In this document: positions 62,815 to 64,000 of the stretch, in pieces
How the letters are laid out: each line of letters opens with the position of its first letter
How positions within the stretch are numbered: position 1 is the stretch's first letter
NCBI GenBank assembly: GCA_900770645.1
Contig: CAAGKY010000102.1
Span: forward strand, 1,053-65,052
DNA length: 64,000 bases
Direction of reading: 5' to 3'
Origin: Bacilli bacterium
GTDB lineage: Bacteria > Bacillota_I > Bacilli_A > ML615J-28 > CAG-313
Translations under genes and position numbers: made by a program
The notes under the pieces: model-generated
What the model was told of the DNA's origin: nothing
Databases searched by the model: none
What the model saw: only the letters and a program-made list of their open reading frames with translations

Positions 62815-63261
62815 ATGAAAGAAATGAAAAAAATCTATTTAGCTGGTGGATGGTTTACTCCACAACAAGAAGAAGAACATACTCGAATATATAATTGCAT
62901 TAAAAATGATTTTGATGTGTTTAATCCTAAATTAGAGTCACTAGTTACTCCAGGAGCAACAGATGATTTTATGACTCAAACTCTTTTAGGAAATATTCGT
63001 GGAATTGAAGAAGCTGATTTAGTTTTAGTTATTTATGATTATAAAGACACTGGAACTATTTGGGAAGCTGGTCATGCTTATGCTAGTAAAAAACCAATTT
63101 TATACTATGCTGAAACTTTAGGAGATAAAAAATTTAATTTGATGCTAGCTAAGACTGGAAATTTTGTAGCTAATATGGAAGATTTAGTAGAAGCTTTAGA
63201 AAAAGAAGAAACATTTAAATATAAAGATGTTTATCATTCTTACAGTGGAGGTGTTGAGTAA
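62815..63261 (+). CDS. nucleoside 2-deoxyribosyltransferase-like protein
   Basis: KIYLAGGWF N-terminal motif and overall size typical of the NDT family. Confidence 0.6.
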   Translation: MKEMKKIYLAGGWFTPQQEEEHTRIYNCIKNDFDVFNPKLESLVTPGATDDFMTQTLLGNIRGIEEADLVLVIYDYKDTGTIWEAGHAYASKKPILYYAETLGDKKFNLMLAKTGNFVANMEDLVEALEKEETFKYKDVYHSYSGGVE

Positions 63262-63264
63262 AAA

Positions 63265-63822
63265 ATGATTATTGGTCATGAGAGTTATAAATTAGACGCA
63301 GCTGTAGATAAAGAATTATATAAGATGAGTAATATCTGGAGATATTCTTCTAGATTAATTCAAAAACCAGAGAATTTAGCTGAACATAGTTTTTATGTAG
63401 CGGTTAAAGTTCAACAATTAGGACACGCTTTTGGAATCTCTGAAGAAAGAATTACAAAAGCTACAAAAATTGCTCTATGTCATGATTTAGGAGAAATTTA
63501 TACTGGAGATATTCCTCATTCATTAAAATCATATTCTCCAGAGATTTGTCGTTTATCTGAAGAATTAGAATTAAAACTAATTAAAGAGAACTTTCCTTAT
63601 TTTGGAAAAGAATTTGAAGATTTTGTATCTAATGTTGATCCAGTAGTATCTACTCTAGTTGTATTAGCTGATGTAGCAGATGTAATTATGTTTATTGATA
63701 GAGAAGAATCTTTAGGAAATAAAGACCCAGATATTTTACAAATTAGATCTGAGAGCAACGAAAGATACATTAAATTAACAATTAAATTAGAAGAATTGTT
63801 AAAAGCTGAAAAAAATAATTAA
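63265..63822 (+). CDS. HD-domain phosphohydrolase (YfbR-like 5'-deoxynucleotidase family)
   Basis: EHSFYVA...ALCHDLGEIYTGDIP gives the H...HD...D metal-binding pattern. Confidence 0.7.
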   Translation: MIIGHESYKLDAAVDKELYKMSNIWRYSSRLIQKPENLAEHSFYVAVKVQQLGHAFGISEERITKATKIALCHDLGEIYTGDIPHSLKSYSPEICRLSEELELKLIKENFPYFGKEFEDFVSNVDPVVSTLVVLADVADVIMFIDREESLGNKDPDILQIRSESNERYIKLTIKLEELLKAEKNN

Positions 63823-63870
63823 ACTATATTGTATTATATTTTATAAAACTAAAAAGGAGACATTAAAAAA

Positions 63871-64000
63871 TGAGTAAATTTTATGACGGATTTGAAAATA
63901 TTTCTGTAAAATTAATTGATTTCGCTGGAAATGACCTTGCAAGAAGAGTTGTAATGTTCGGTAATCTAGCTGAATTTTATGAGGGAACTCATGAATATAG
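63871..64000 (+). CDS. 5' end of an ORF running off the window
   Basis: AAGGAGA RBS before ATG at 63871. Open to the end of the window. Confidence 0.35.

Overview
The window is 64 kb of very AT-rich, densely packed DNA, almost entirely + strand, that looks like a large lytic phage genome segment. It carries tail-fiber and structural genes, tRNA islands, homing-endonuclease-like genes, T4-like topoisomerase II and no integrase.

The supplied ORF track was computed with the standard code. Many apparent gaps and fragmentary ORFs are single long reading frames interrupted only by TGA. These TGAs sit at conserved Trp positions: CotH 'GKW', the fibre N-terminal 'EW' motif, and collagen-fibre 'QIW'. 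I therefore read TGA as Trp (code 4-like) and re-derived the ORFs by hand.

TGA codons are concentrated in a late-looking block at 4344-29945: tail fibres, a 2441-aa multidomain giant protein, and a Mur-ligase-like protein. They also occur in membrane/lysis-like genes and in the homing endonucleases. Early and replication-type genes use only TGG for Trp; these include TrpRS, the Ro60-like protein, topoisomerase II and the methyltransferase. That split fits late-gene stop-codon recoding better than a uniformly code-4 Mollicute host. Both remain possible.

Translation-related cargo includes a complete tryptophanyl-tRNA synthetase, a ribosome hibernation factor and at least nine canonical tRNAs. 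Those tRNAs are Met(CAU) x2, Asp, Leu(UAA), Leu(GAG), Ser x2, Gln and Thr. There are also several degenerate tRNA-like elements. I found no tRNA with a UCA anticodon in this window.

The RNA islands contain several notable features:
- a tRNA gene split by a probable group I intron
- a Ro60/TROVE-vWA-like gene flanked by structured, promoter-driven RNAs that may be Y-RNA-like
- a roughly 2.1-kb ORF-free, GC-elevated segment between tRNAs that may be a giant structured ncRNA
- a second RNA candidate that shares its 5' motif

About 19 copies of an extended -10 promoter, TTGTATAATATTAT(GTAA), are scattered through the window.

Other genes seen:
- HNH endonucleases
- a gamma-class N6-adenine methyltransferase
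- a MazG-like pyrophosphohydrolase, a HAD phosphatase, a nucleoside deoxyribosyltransferase and an HD phosphohydrolase
- an SPFH/prohibitin-like protein and a CoaB-like protein
- an HslV-like peptidase
- a nucleotidyltransferase and a lambda-type Ser/Thr phosphatase
- an NUMOD3/PD-(D/E)xK-like endonuclease

The topoisomerase II large-subunit gene has an in-frame TAA three codons after its only plausible ATG.

All coordinates and calls were derived by eye without tools.
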